Shown here in pieces: positions 24,620 to 37,719 of a stretch of 64,000 bases of DNA; the stretch's first letter is position 1; each line of letters begins with the position of its first letter. Source of the DNA: Mobula hypostoma. Taxonomy: Eukaryota. Under the pieces are notes generated by a model. The model was not told the DNA's origin. It did no database searches and saw nothing but the letters and a program-made list of their open reading frames with translations. A program made the position numbers and the translations under genes. The stretch is taken from assembly GCF_963921235.1 (NCBI RefSeq), contig NC_086107.1, positions 104,348,001-104,412,000 of the forward strand, written 5' to 3'.

Positions 24620-25950
24620 GAAAATGGTATGGGTTCTTTGGCTCACCGTGTTGTGCCGAGCTCTATAAACTTGCTCCACAATCAACCTAACCCTTCCCTC
24701 CTACACAGCCCGTAATCCTACATTTTTCTTACATCCACATGCCTATTTAAGTCTTAAGTATCAGCCTTTACCTCCACTTTTCACAGTGCGTTCGAAGCAC
24801 CTACTACTTCTGACATTTCCCTTAAACTTTCCTCTAGTCATCTTGGGTATTGGCTATTGGCGTCCTGTGGAGAAAGCTGCTAGCTGTCCACTCTATCTGT
24901 GCTCCTCATGATCTTGTATGCCTCTATCAAGTCACCTGTCATCCTCCTTGGCTGCAAAGAGAAAAACTTCAGCTCACCCAGCCTTTCCTCATAAAACATG
25001 TTCTGTCATCCAGGCAGCATTCTGATAAATCTCCTTTGCACCGTTTCTAAAATTTCTACATGTCTCCTTGATAGTGAGGAGAAAAGAACTATGCACAATA
25101 TTCTCCTCTGAGTTCAAAAGGTGTGAGGTAGTTTTGCAACTCTGTAAAACTGTAATCCGTAACCTCACAGTCCTTGAAATCAGTCCCCTAACTAATGAAG
25201 GCAGCAGAATATATGCCTTTTTAACCACCCTATCAACTTGCATGGCAACTTTGAGGGATCCCTCTGTTCCTCCACACTGCTAAAAATCTTGCCATTAATA
25301 TTTGATTCTGCCTTCAAGTTTGGTCTTCCAAGTGTATCAATTTACACTTTCCTGTTTGATCTCCATCTGCCACTTCTCTACCCAACTCTGCATCCTGTCT
25401 ATCACAACCTTCTACACTATCCACGACACCTCCAGCCATCGTGTCCCTTGCAAGCTTATTAACCCACCTCTCTACTTCATCATCCAAAAGTCTCAAAGAG
25501 CAGGGGTCCCAGAACAGATCCCTGCGGAGCACCACTAGTCACCATCCTCTGCCTTCTGTGAGGAAGCCGATTCCAAATCCACGCCACCAAGTTTCCATGG
25601 AGCCATGTCTCATGACTTTCTGGATGAGCCTACCATGGGAAACCTTGTAAAACACTGCATGAAAACACCACACCCATTGTTCTGGCTTCAGCATGTTTTG
25701 TCACCTCCTCAAAAAGCTGAATTAGTCATAGAAAGTTACAGCCGGATTCAGGCCCTGAATCCACACTGGTCCCAATTTCCTGTATTCGGCCCAGATCTGT
25801 CTGCCCCACCCCTCTGAACACCTATCCAAGCAGTTTTTAATCTGCTACAACACTTCCTCTGGCAGTTCATTCAATGTACTCAACGTCCTGTGCGTGAAGA
25901 AATTGCCCCTTTAAGGATCGTTTTAAGTCTTTCTCCTTTAAACTATGCCT
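24620..25950 (-). mobile_element. Old CR1 remnants
   Basis: ORF fragments QVDRVVKKAY.. and a decayed GVPQGSVLG/RT region. Confidence 0.7.
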
Positions 25951-26358
25951 TCTAGTTTCGGTCACAGTTCCTTCATTGTCGCTGGGACAAAATCATGGAA
26001 TTCCCTCCTTAACAGCACTGTGGGTGTACCTACACCTCAGTGGTTCAAGAAGGCAGCTCAACACCACTTTCTCAAGGGCAACTAGTGATGGCCAATAAAT
26101 GGTGGCTTAACTGGCAATGCCCACATCCCGTAAATGAATAAATAAAAAAAAACAAGTATATCACCTTATTCTTACCTGTATTGAAATCCGCTTGCCATTC
26201 GTCGTTCCACTGGCCTAACTCATCAAGATCTCCCTGTAATCTATGATAACCTACTTCACTATCAACAACAAATATTGCTGCTGGGTTTCTTAACTTCATG
26301 TCGTGCCCTTGGCTCTAATCCAGCAGTGTGATCTGATTATCCACTTGCTCTGTTGCAG

Positions 26359-26466
26359 GACACGGGCTTGTACTATGATCGCTACCTCCGCGAAGTGATC
26401 GACATCCTGGAGAACGATGCCCACTTCCGCGAGAAGCTGCAGACGGCCAATGTGGAAGATATTAAG
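26359..26466 (+). CDS. NUCB1: NUCB1 exon 3
   Basis: [40 protein letters not shown] boundaries, 108 bp. Confidence 0.96.
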
Positions 26467-26774
26467 GTCAGCAAGAGGGTGAACTGGATCGGCGTGTGAG
26501 TGGGGTGGAGGGGGATTTGGACCCTGGATCCAAACTCTGATATCTGAGAAACAGGTCAGGAGGGAGCAGGAAGCCTGGGTATTGATTAGGCCAGGAATAA
26601 TCCAGTGGAGTCGTCTGAGGGATGGGTGAATTGAAGGGAAAGTGTCAATGAAGATGATTTAGAGAGAGAAGGAGAGTCACACCCAGGGAAATTTGGATTC
26701 TGAAAATGAAGGTCAAATTGCAAATGGAAATCTACATTAGAGTATTGTGGCTGGGGGCCTTGGTATTGGTCATT

Positions 26775-27546
26775 GAATTGAATTGACTTTATTTCTTACA
26801 TCCTGCACATACACAAGGATAAAAAATTTTGATGTTGCGTCCCTGTCTGAATGTGCGATGTGCAAATTATAGTAACTTTTAACAGATAGTGTGTACAGTA
26901 AGATGTACAAGAGGACAGTCAATATAGTGTAGAAATACAATTGTCAGGGTGAATTAATCGGTGAGATGGCCTGGTGGGAGAAGCTGTCCGGGAGCCTGTT
27001 GATCCTGGCTTTAATGCTGTGGTACCGTTTCCCAGATGGTAGCAGCTGGAACAGTTTGTGGTTGTGGTGAGTTGGGTCCCCAATGATCCTTCGGCCCTTT
27101 TTATGCACCTGTCACTGTAAATGTCCTGAATAGTGGGAAGTTCAAATCCACAGATGCACTGGGCTGTCCGCACCACTCTCTGCAGAGTCTTGTGGTTGAG
27201 CGAAGTACAGTTCCCATACCGGGCAGTGATGCAGCCAGTCAGGATGCTCTCAATTGGGCCCCTGTAGAAACTCCTTAGGATTTGGGGACTCAAACCAAAC
27301 TTCTTCAACCGTCTGAGGTGAAAGGGGCACTGTTGTGCTTTTTTCACCACACAACTGGTATGTACAGACCAAGTGAGGGCCTCAGTGATGTGTATACAGA
27401 GGAACTTAAATCTGTTCACCCTCTCAACCCCAGATCCATTGATGTCAATAGAGGCTGGCCTGTGTCCATTCCTCCTGTAGTTCACAACCAGCTCCTTTGT
27501 CTTTGCGACATTGGGGGAGAGGTTGTTTTCTTGACACCACTGTGTC
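26775..27546 (-). mobile_element. Rex1-type LINE 3' fragment
   Basis: WCQENNLSPNVAKTKELVV..FYRGPIESILTGCITA.. Confidence 0.85.
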
Positions 27547-27876
27547 AAGACCCAGAGTGGGTCTTGTGATGTTGGAAGGTGCCCCAGTATTTGGAAGGAG
27601 AGCCATGGGCAGAGTGTCGGCTTCTTGAGTTGGGGTAGGACTGCCGGTACAGTAAGGTGTTGGGGTCCTGTAGAAGCCAGGGAAGTTGGAAGCAGGATAT
27701 TGGGCCAATACATGGGGTCACATGCATCTGGGCAGCACATTTAGGTTGGTGCGGAAATGGTGTTAGGGAACTGCTGATGTTGGGCCCGACTGTGAAGTGC
27801 GAGCGGGATGCCGGGATCTAAGTTGGTGGGGGTGATGATTCCCTCGTCACTGAAGCGCTGCTGGTCTCTTCTCCAG

Positions 27877-28009
27877 AGCGGAAAGCTGAGCACGGAGCTG
27901 GATTTTGTCAGTCACCACATCCGAACCAAGCTGGATGAGTTAAAGCGGCAGGAGGTGTCCAGACTGCGGATGCTAATCAAGGCGAAGATGGACGCTGAGC
28001 AAGGAGAGA
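27877..28009 (+). CDS. NUCB1: NUCB1 exon 4 (contains the KR convertase site)
   Basis: [44 protein letters not shown]; 133 bp, ends in phase 1. Confidence 0.95.
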
Positions 28010-28230
28010 GTAATGGCCTTTTTGTGCATTAACTGGAGTATTGTTTAGCTGCTGTTAGGGTGGGGAGGACTGGGTCGCTTTACCAGGCCACTGGTGGGAG
28101 TGAATTATGAGAGCACGGTAACTCACTGCCTGTTTTTAAAATCCGTAAATGAGAGAGTAAATCATACAGAATTAAATCTGGCTGACTTATCAGTCTCTGT
28201 ATTCACTCATGTTCCCTCACCTCCCGCCAG

Positions 28231-28334
28231 ATGTGCAGATTGATCACCTAAACCTGCTGAAGCAGATTGAACATCTGGACCCGAAGAACGCCCAGACCTT
28301 TGAGGCTCGCGACCTGGAGCTACTGATCCAAGCG
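28231..28334 (+). CDS. NUCB1: NUCB1 exon 5
   Basis: (N)[34 protein letters not shown]; 104 bp. Confidence 0.95.
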
Positions 28335-28573
28335 GTGGGTATGCAGTGTTCCAGGGGGATGGGGGCTCTGTTGCCGCTGGGAATCCCAGTGAGAAAATCA
28401 CTGGCAGTGCTGCCCAGCTCAGAGTCCACATCCTGAAAGGGAAGGTGACTGTGGAGTTGAGAGTACGGCTGTGGCTGAGGCAGTCGAACGGAAAATGAGC
28501 CCCTCGGCCCAACTTCCCCTGCTGGCCAAGATTCCCATCTAAGCCGGATCCATTTGGCCTTTTCCATCTAAAC

Positions 28574-28653
28574 CAGGAGTTCCCAATCTGGATCCACGGA
28601 ATCTTTGCTTAATGGTATTGGTCCATGGCATAAAAATGGGTTGGGAGCCCCTG
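28574..28653. mobile_element. 80-bp hAT MITE
   Basis: CAGGAGTTCCCAA...TTGGGAGCCCCTG with perfect 8-bp TSD ATCTAAAC. Relatives at about 772, 6085, 7416, 20282, 45238 and 60307. Confidence 0.85.
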
Positions 28654-29461
28654 ATCTAAACCTTTCCTATCCAAGTACATCGTAAATGTTAATGTGTCTC
28701 CCTCAACTACTTTCCCTGAAAGCTTCTTCCGTGTACTAGCCATCCTCTGGATGGAAAAGATGTTTCTCAAGTTCCTACTTAAATCTCTTCTCTCTCACCC
28801 TAAACCGATGCCCTCTAGTTTTTGATTACCTTACCCTAGGGGGAAAAACACCGAGTGCTTTCACTATCTATGCCCCTCGTTATCTTATGCACTTTGACAG
28901 GTTCATCCTTCATTTTATACTTTGGAAAGCAGTCCCAACCTGTTCGATCTCACTCCGTAACTCAGTCTGTTGAGTACTGGCCGCATTGTAGCAAGTCTCC
29001 TCTGCACTCTTTGCAGCTTAGTGACATTAGGTACCTTCGTCACGAGTGAGACGTCCCAGTAGCCAAACGTTTTAACTCCAATTCCCATTCCCGTTCTGAC
29101 GTGTCAATCCACGGCCTCCCCTGTGCTAAGATGAAGCCACCCTCAGGGTGGAGGAGCAACACCTTGTATTCCGTCTAGGTAGCCTCCAACCTGATGGTAT
29201 GAATATCAATTCTCCTTCCAGTGAACAAAAATCTCCCCCCTCCCCTCTCCCCCTTCCTCCATTCCCCATTCTGACCTTTTTACTACTTCTCACCTGCCTG
29301 TTGCTTCCCCTTGGGTCCCCTCCTCCTTCTCTTTCCCCTATTGTCTGCTCTCCTCTGCTAGCAGCCTTGACCTTGCCCACTCACCTGTCTTCACCTACCA
29401 GCTAACCTCTTTTCCCCTCCCCCCCACCCTATTTAATTCGGGCATCTCCCCTCTTCCCCCT

Positions 29462-29500
29462 CAGTCCTGAAGAAGGGTCTCGGCCCGAAACATTGACTGT
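29462..29500 (+). ncRNA. Minimal hammerhead ribozyme motif in a Penelope 3' end (NUCB1 intron 5, sense strand)
   Basis: CAGUC-CUGAAGA-AGGGUCUCGGCCC-GAAAC-AUU/GACUG; stem III palindrome mutated. Confidence 0.55.
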
Positions 29501-29693
29501 TTACTCTTTTCCATTGATGCTGCCTGGCCTGCTGAGTTCCTGCAGTGATTTCTGAGATTGTGGATCAGTGGGGCAGGGTTAAGCAGTGACCGGGGCAGGG
29601 GTGGGATGTGACTTTAGTTGTGGGCCTTGAGCAGGGACAATAGACAATACTCTGTCGACTGCGCAGTGACACAGTACCACTCTGGATCTGCAG

Positions 29694-29879
29694 GCTACCA
29701 AGGACCTGGAGCACTACGACCAAGCCCACCATGACGAGTTCAAACGGTACGAGATGTTGAAGGAGCACGAGCGGCGGGAGTACCTGAAATCTCTCGACGA
29801 GGAGAAGCGCAAAGCGGAGGAGGCCCGGTTCCAGCAACTGAAGCAGAAACACAAGGAACATCCGAAGGTCAACGTGCCG
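29694..29879 (+). CDS. NUCB1: NUCB1 exon 6
   Basis: [62 protein letters not shown]; 186 bp. Confidence 0.96.
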
Positions 29880-30238
29880 GTGAGAGCAATGGGTGACCAG
29901 TAGCCAGGAATGGGGTGGCTTGTACCTTTGACCTGGGCGGGGGAGAGAGTGAGAGAGTCGTCCTTTGGTCCTTCTAGAACCTAGCTTGTGATCAGACGAT
30001 TATTGTAATTCCCAGCTTCTGCTACCGCGTTCAAAATTTCAGAGCGTCTGTGCAAGCGGTGTTAATACTCAGTTTAAGTTCTTCAGTCATTAACTTGTAA
30101 TACCTTCTACGCTACACTTCTCTTTTCACGTCCTTCTGGGCCCCTATGGGATTGCTGTGATCAGGGATGTGAAATGAAGGGTTAGCAGGAAGCTTTGAGC
30201 ACTGTCTTGGGTGACCTCTGCTTTTGCCTTTGTGACAG

Positions 30239-30329
30239 GGGAGCCGGGACCAGCTGAAAGAGGTGTGGGAGGAAACGGACGGCCTTGACCCCAACGAGTT
30301 CAATCCAAAGACCTTCTTTAAGCTGCACG
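30239..30329 (+). CDS. NUCB1: NUCB1 exon 7
   Basis: [30 protein letters not shown]; donor gtaagc; 91 bp. Confidence 0.96.
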
Positions 30330-30746
30330 GTAAGCATTGCGGGCCTCCCCAACTCATCCCAGCCACCTCTTTGTGGCCAGGCTCCTTCCCAGCCAACGCT
30401 CTGTACTTCCACTCTTCTCTGGCGATTCATGGACCCCTCTCGGTCATTCCTGCATGGATCTCACTATGCAGCCTCCTCCCCCCCACCCCATCACTCTTCC
30501 TTACTGTGACCTTTACCCCTTCCATACTCCACCTCCCAGAACTTTGGTGAAGACCCTCTCCCAATGCCTCTCTTCTATCTGCCAGAATCTTTCTGTGAAA
30601 ACCCCTAACCCCTTACCTCCTTCCCTATCCTAATACTCTCCCTGAGCCCTGCTTCTGTCCGTTACTTCTCCAACCCTCCTGTGCCCTGTTTTAAACCAAC
30701 ACCGCCTGCTCTGCTCATGAATCTAACTGCACGCCTCCTTTTGCAG

Positions 30747-30805
30747 ATACGAACGGTGACGGTGTGTTGGATGAACAAGAGCTTGAGGCTCTGTTTACAA
30801 AAGAG
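30747..30805 (+). CDS. NUCB1: NUCB1 exon 8 (EF-hand 1 loop)
   Basis: (D)TNGDGVLDEQELEALFTKE; 59 bp; donor gtgagt. Confidence 0.96.
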
Positions 30806-31999
30806 GTGAGTTTAAAGATCGCCAGGACATTGCTCGTTGACTCTGGTGTGTGATCGGTGAGAACTGCACACCTCCCACAACTTTGTCTCCTGACTTAAAG
30901 CCTTAGCTCATTGACAGGATGACCGGACGGTGACTCAGAAAGTACGTGTCGAGCCCTGCGGACCGTGGTTTGAGAGACCATGGCTAAGATACATTTCTCT
31001 GCAGGCGGACTGGTGCACTTCAGCACTCTCTCTCCATTTGCTTGCCAGTGCCCTCCAACCCACCCCGCAACTTCCCAGAGTCTCCTTCCACAATTTATTT
31101 TTGCATGTCTGTTCATTTTGGCAAATCTTTGCCTCTCTTTAGTTGTACCTGAGCTGAGCAACTCGCTCAGCCATTTCACTGAAGAGTCAGTGACGTAGAG
31201 TGTGTCAGGAGTCACACTCAGTCCAGCCCATGTGAAGGTAACGGGCTCCCTCCCCAATATTAGTGAACCCGGGCAGTTTAGTATTTTTGAAACCATGTCA
31301 CAATTCTCCAAACTCCAGATTATTAACTGAATTTAAATTAGGGCTCAGGGTACCATAGTGGTTAGCACAACGCTTTACAGTACAGGTGACCTGGGTTCAT
31401 TTCCTGTTGGTGCCTATAAGGGCTTTGTACGTTCTCTCTGTGACTGCATAGATTTCCTCACTCAGTCCAAAGACTAACCAGTTGGTTGGTTAATTGGTCA
31501 TTGTAAATTGCCCTGTGATTAGGCTAGGGTTAAATCAAGGGTGGGGGAGTTTAGGAGTCTTCTCCATGCTGTATCCCAATAAATAAATAAATTTGCTGGC
31601 ACCCTGGTGGGGTTTGAACTCTTGATCGTTAGTCCAGGTTTCTGGAGGACTTGCTCAGTAACGTAACTGCAGCGCCACCTAGTGGCCTATTGAATGGGTG
31701 GTGCCATTCACTTCACTATTTTAAAGAGTAAATCCTGTCGTGGATAGGCAGCATCTCCGGTTGGACTGGTCAACTATCAGGAATCCTAATAGACTTCAGA
31801 CCATCAATTATAGAATGTGCTCCTCACTTGCTCTTAAAGTGTTTTTGGGGGCCGAAGGAAGGTGGCTGAAGTGAGCGGTATTAGCTGTTCATCTCTCAGT
31901 TGTATGCAGCATCAGATTCCTGTTTTTAAAAAAAAGAAAAATTAATAAAACTTCCTTTTACATCACCCACCATGCCCCCTCCCTGCCCTGCACACGAAG

Positions 32000-32092
32000 C
32001 TGGAGAAAGTCTACGATCCCAAGAACGAGGAGGACGACATGATAGAGATGGAAGAGGAGCGGCTGCGGATGAGGGAGCACGTGATGAACGAG
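32000..32092 (+). CDS. NUCB1: NUCB1 exon 9 (acidic region)
   Basis: [34 protein letters not shown] acceptor, gtaagt donor; 93 bp. Confidence 0.95.
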
Positions 32093-33351
32093 GTAAGTGA
32101 CGTCTTGGGCTCAGGAAAGCAGGAGCCAAGCCTGAGAGATGAAATCTGGCACTGCTCCTTACTGTCTAATTTTTACCTAGTATAATGTTATAATCGCTCC
32201 TTCGCTAGAGTACGGGAGTCTGGTCCCTTGAGGGTATACCCTACATTTAGCATAATTAGGTGAATTTGATGGGATCTTAAATCAAACATGAGTTCTTCCC
32301 GAAGGGGGCCCACTCCACAATTCAAAAAGATTGTGGCTAATTCTGTATCTTGCATCCTCTTTACCCAGTTTTATATTTTTAAAGTTTTTATTCATGGATA
32401 TGGGCTTTGCAGGCTGTGCCAGCATCTAATTCTCCATCCCTGGGAAGGTGGCAGTGAGCTGCCCTCTTGAACCGCTGCTGTTCCTGAGGTGTGGGTGTCC
32501 CCACAGTGCTCTCGGGGAGGTTTTGACCGAGTGACAGTGAAGGGACGGACGGTGATACTGCATAAACTCTTCTCAGACTTCCAGCCGGGTGCAAATTTCA
32601 ATTTAAGCGGATGTTTCGATGACATACTCCCCCGTCTTCATCAGGGATGATGGCTAGGCATGTCTAGTCTGGTGGTATAAACACCCCTATCGTCTGTTCC
32701 TCCTGATTGGCTGGTCCTCAGCCAATCAGGTTTCTGGTGTCCCACCATGGACGGTGATATATTTCCAAGTCAGGGTGGTGTGTGGTTTGGAGAGCAGCTT
32801 CCAGGTAGTGATATTCCCCATACTTTTTGCTGTCCTGGTCCTAGTTAGGACCGGTGGGCTTGGAAGATGCTGTAATTCCTTGGTCTACACAAATTTATAA
32901 ATCTCAGGCTAAGAACCAAACATCCACAGCCCTTAGACTTAGTTTCTGAGAGATATAGCATTTTGAGCAAGCTACTTTCTCCTCACCTCGATCTTCAATG
33001 CCCACTAGTTCTAGACTTGCCAGCCAGTGATGATGGGGTGTCAACACTGGCCCTGTCAACTGTACATACTGCAGTTGGGTTATGTCTTATTCATCTAATC
33101 CAGAGATTACAAGCCTCTTCTACTCAATCCACCACTTCTTCATAGCCTCCTAATGTATCCTCATTATTACTGAAGTGCAGAAGAAGACCGCTCAGTTTTG
33201 GTAATGTTGCTATGTGAGTGTTTGTATCCCTCGGCCTCCCTCTCGCCCTGTCATTTTTCCTAATGTTGAAGGTGCATCTATTTTAAAAGTAGCTCCTCCA
33301 CCTGATTTCCCACAGCGAAACCATGTCCTGACCGCTCTCTGCCTTTTAAAA

Positions 33352-34051
33352 CAGTGGTCCCCAACCACCGGGCCGCAAAGCATGTGCAACCGGGCCGCGA
33401 GGAAACGGTATGAGTCAGCTGCACCTTTCCTCATTCCCTGTCATGCACTGTTGAACTTGACCCGTATTAGCTGGGACATTCTGTTGGGCTAAAATGGTTT
33501 GTCCCATACGGGACCGCCTTTGCCCCGTATTTCCCCCCGCTAAGGTAGAGCGTTCCTATGAAACCTTTCATGCCGAAATGGGGTAAAGCAAAGAAGCAAT
33601 TACCATTACTTCATAGGGGGAAAATTTGTGAGCGTTCTCAGACCCAAAAACTAACCTACCAAATCATACCAAATAACACATAAAACCTAAAATATCACTA
33701 AGATATAGTAAAAGCAGAGATGATATGATAAATACACAGCCTATATAAAGTGAAAATAATGTATGTACAGTATAGTTGAGAAGATTAAGCCAAAACCGAT
33801 TTGTGGAAAAAAATCAGCACGTACCCACATGTGCACACAGGTGCCCACGCAAGGCTTCATGGTCATGGTAGTTTTTCTCGGGGTAAACATAAGTGTCCCG
33901 GGATTTGACTGCTACTTTTGTTCCTTATTTGGGAGTGAGAGAGTTGGCAACCCTAACTGTAAAAGACATGTTGAGGTGAGTTTAAACCTACTTGACCCCC
34001 CCACCCCCCCGGTCGGCCGGTCCGCAGTGCAAAAAAGGTTGGGGACTCCTG
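33352..34051. mobile_element. Non-autonomous hAT (Charlie-like) element, 700 bp
   Basis: TIRs CAGTGGTCCCCAACC...GGTTGGGGACTCCTG; 8-bp TSD TTTTAAAA. Confidence 0.85.
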
Positions 34052-34124
34052 TTTTAAAAACCCTGGAGTGGTGACCCCAGAATGGACCAGCGTAACCGCA
34101 CGTGACTATTTTCTTGCTCGGCAG

Positions 34125-34214
34125 GTTGACACCAACAAAGATCGGTTGGTCACCCTGGATGAATTCCTGAAATCGACAGAGAAGAAAGAGTTCCTGGAGC
34201 CAGAGGAGTGGGAG
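34125..34214 (+). CDS. NUCB1: NUCB1 exon 10 (EF-hand 2 and G-alpha-i binding GBA motif)
   Basis: VDTNKDRLVTLDEFLKSTEKKEFLEPEEWE; 90 bp. Confidence 0.96.
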
Positions 34215-34403
34215 GTCAGTTTGTGACTGTCGGGAGAGAGGGAGGGACAAGGGGGTGGTGGCAAAGCACTGGCCATTGTAGCAGTGAGGAATGGTGTGGG
34301 ATCATCTGACTGGTAATCCTGTATGTTGGATTTACTCTGAGTGTGGATGGGTTGGGAGAGTGGCTGGTGTTGATTGTGGGCCATGTTGACTTGGGAGTCC
34401 AGA

Positions 34404-35075
34404 AGACATGGGAGCAGAATTAACCCATTTGGCCCATCGAGTCTGCTCCACCATTCAATCATGGCTGATCCTTTTTCCCCTCCTCGACCCTATTCCCCAG
34501 CCTTCTCCCCGTAACGTTTGATGCCATGTCCAATCAAGAACCTGTCAATCTCTGTCTTAAATATACCCAATGACCAAGACTCCACTGCTGCCTGTGGTAA
34601 CAAATTCACCACCCTCTGGCTAAAGAAATTTCACTGCATCTCTACTTTAAATGGACGCCCTTCTATCCTGAGGCTGTGCCCTCTTGTCCTAGACTCCCTC
34701 ACCATGAGAAACATCCTTTCCACATCTACTCTGTCTAGGCCTTTCAATATTTGAAAGTTTTCAATAAGATTCTTTCCCCTCCCCGCCCCCCCAAGTCCTT
34801 CTAAATTCCAGCGAGTACAGACCCAGAGCCATCAAACGTTCCTCATTTGATAACTCTTCCATTCCCGGAATCATCCTTGTGAACCTCCCCTGGGCCCTCT
34901 CCAATGCCAGCACATCTTTTCTTTGATAAGGAGGTGAAAACTGTCCACAATACTCAAGGTGAGGCCTCACCAGTGTCTTATAAAGCCTCAACATCACATC
35001 CCGGCTCTTGTATTCAAGCTCTCTTGAAATGAACGATAACATTGCATTTGCCTTCCTCACCACTGACTCAAACTG
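34404..35075 (-). mobile_element. CR1 LINE 3' fragment
   Basis: ORF 34761-35063 ..RLYKTLVRPHLEYC.. Confidence 0.85.
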
Positions 35076-35837
35076 CCAAGTTGCGTCACACAGTGTGGAA
35101 ACAGGCCATTTGGCTCAATGTGTCCATGACAATCACAGTAGCCTCCCTGATAGTCCCAGCTGTCAGCTGTCTTACAGCTGCAGAGCATTCTAACTTGCTC
35201 CCCCGACTCCGAAACAAACAGCTGGGGGTTGACTCAATATGGTGTGGAGCTCACCCCTCCTAAACCAGGGTCAGCTTTGACCTCAGTGCCTGGGAGGGAG
35301 CCAGTACGAAGCAGATGAACCAGCTGTTGTGAAGGTCATAAACAACAGACAATCTGCAGACGCTGGAAATCCGAGCACCACCCACACAATGCTGGAACAA
35401 CTCAGCAGGCCAGACAGCATCTATTTAAAAAGTACAGACTATCGTACTTCTTCCATAGATGCTGCCTGGTGTGCTGAGGTCCTCCTGCAATTTGTGCATG
35501 TTGTTATGAAGGTCGTGCTTTCGTTAGAGCAGAAGTCTAATTTCCCACTTTGGGAAATCCACTCAGTAATAAATAGAGATGAAAATCTATCGCATCGTTT
35601 CTCTGTGTGGCAAACAAATAACAATAAACTCAAACTCTGGCTAACTTTCCTGCTGATTAAGCAATTAATATTGATCAGTTGGGAGTGTTGGTGACCAGAC
35701 TGGTGGGTGTGGGATTTGGTGGTAGTGGGGATGACTCTGTTTTGGGTTACGGAGATGGGAACACACTGTGAATGTGTTGGGTCAGTGGGTGAGTGCTATC
35801 TGTCCAGTGAACCTCTTCCTGCCTCGTTGTGGAACAG

Positions 35838-36008
35838 ACGCTGGACGAGACGCAGATCTACACGGAGGAGGAGCTGCGCCAGTACGAGCGGGAGCTGGCC
35901 GAGCAGGAGGCTCAGATTTCCCAAAGGGCAGAGGAGCTGAGGAAGGAGCACGAGGAGCTGCTGCGGAGGCAAAACGAACTGGACGTCCAGAAGAAAGAAT
36001 ACCAACAG
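35838..36008 (+). CDS. NUCB1: NUCB1 exon 11 (coiled coil / leucine zipper)
   Basis: TLDETQIYTEEELRQYERELAEQEAQISQRAEELRKEHEELLRRQNELDVQKKEYQQ; 171 bp. Confidence 0.95.
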
Positions 36009-36392
36009 GTGACAGCCGCCACTAAACACCCTGGGCCACCCACCCTGCCAACGCATGGAGTCCCGGTGTGAGGGTGGAAACAGGGGCATCTGTGTCTAGG
36101 CTCCAGTTCCCCAGGTTCTATCCTGACCTCTGATGCTCTTTGAGTGGGTTCTTCCCCCTTCCCTCTAATTGTTCCCTTTTTTTATTCTCCCAACTTCCCC
36201 AAATATGTGCAATTTACTGCCCGTTAACTCACTTGTGTTTAAGTCAGCAATGAAGGTCCTCCATCTCTGGCTTCATTCATCGTGTCAATAGCTTCGTCTC
36301 AGTTCTCACCAATGTCAGTCAAGCAAGTCCCGGGTGGAGACTCAGGAATACCGTCACACTCAGATGTGGAAGGATTCTTCACTGTCATTTCC

Positions 36393-37210
36393 ATATAACC
36401 ATATAACAATTACAGCACGGAAACAGGCCATCTCGGCCCTTCTAGTCCATGCTGAACGCTTACCCTGTCCTAGTCCCACCAACCTGCACTCAGCCCATAA
36501 CCCTCCATTCCTTTTCTGTCCACATATCTATCCAATTTAACTTTAAACGACAACATCGAACCTGCCTCAACCACTTCTGCTGGAAGCTCGTTCCACACAG
36601 CTACCACTCTCTGAGTAAAGAAGTTCCCCCTCATGTTACCCCTAAACTTTTGTCCTCTAACTCTCAACCCATGTCCTCTTGTTTGAATCTTCCCCACTCT
36701 CAATGGAAAAAGTCTAACCACGTCAACTCTATCAATCCCCCTCATAATTTTAAACACCTCTATCAAGTCCCCCCTCAACCTTCTACGCTCCAAAGAATAA
36801 AGACCTAACTTGTTCAACCTTTGTAACTTAGGAGATGAAACCTAGGCAACATTTTAGTAAACCTCCTCTGTACTCTCTCAATTTTATTGACATCTTTCCT
36901 ATAATTCGGTGACCAGAACTGTACACAATACTCCAGATTTGGCCTTACCAATGCTTTATACAAATTCAACATTACATCCCAACTCCTATACTCAATGCTC
37001 TGATTAATAAAGGCCAGCAAACCAAAAGCTTTCTTCACCACCCTATCTACACGAGGTTCCATCTTCAGGGAACTATGCACCATTATTCCTAGATCCCTCT
37101 GTTCTACTGCATTCTTTAATGCCCTACCATTTACCATGTATGTCCTATTTTGATTAGTCCTACCAGAATGTAGCACCTCACATTTTTCAGCATTAAACTC
37201 CATCTCCATT
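36393..37210 (-). mobile_element. CR1 LINE 3' fragment (same young subfamily as 9930-10527)
   Basis: ORFs 36470-36817 and 36814-37209; same tail. Confidence 0.9.
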
Positions 37211-37719
37211 CCGTAACAGCTTTATTTGACCAGTCCTGAGCTGAACCCCCTGAACCTGGAGGACTTGCGGACTACTCTTACCCTTTGACCTGTTTGGTAT
37301 GGGTGACCCTACCAAGAGCCAAAGCGCAAGGCCCTGGCTCCAGACAACAGCTCTCCGGGTCATTGAGGCACGCAAGCTTCCAAACTCAATGACAAGGTTG
37401 TGGTCCTTCTAGAGGAAATATGTGTGAGTTGGCAGGTTAATTGATTCAAGTTAGTTTTGTCGTAAACACCAGGGTGCAATGAAATTCCTGGCTCACAGTT
37501 TAAAACCTCTGTGGTAATAATACACACAATAATACATCGTTGAGCATAAAACGACAGAATTGGACGGAGATGGTCGTGCAATCTGAGACAGTGCAATGAG
37601 CATTGCCAAAGTGAGAGTCACTACTGCAAGTTGCCTCTGGTGAGAAGATGATCGGTAGAAGGGTGACGGGACTGAAGTGGGATTAGTATTTGTTACTTCT
37701 GAGGTTGCTGCCTCTTAGT

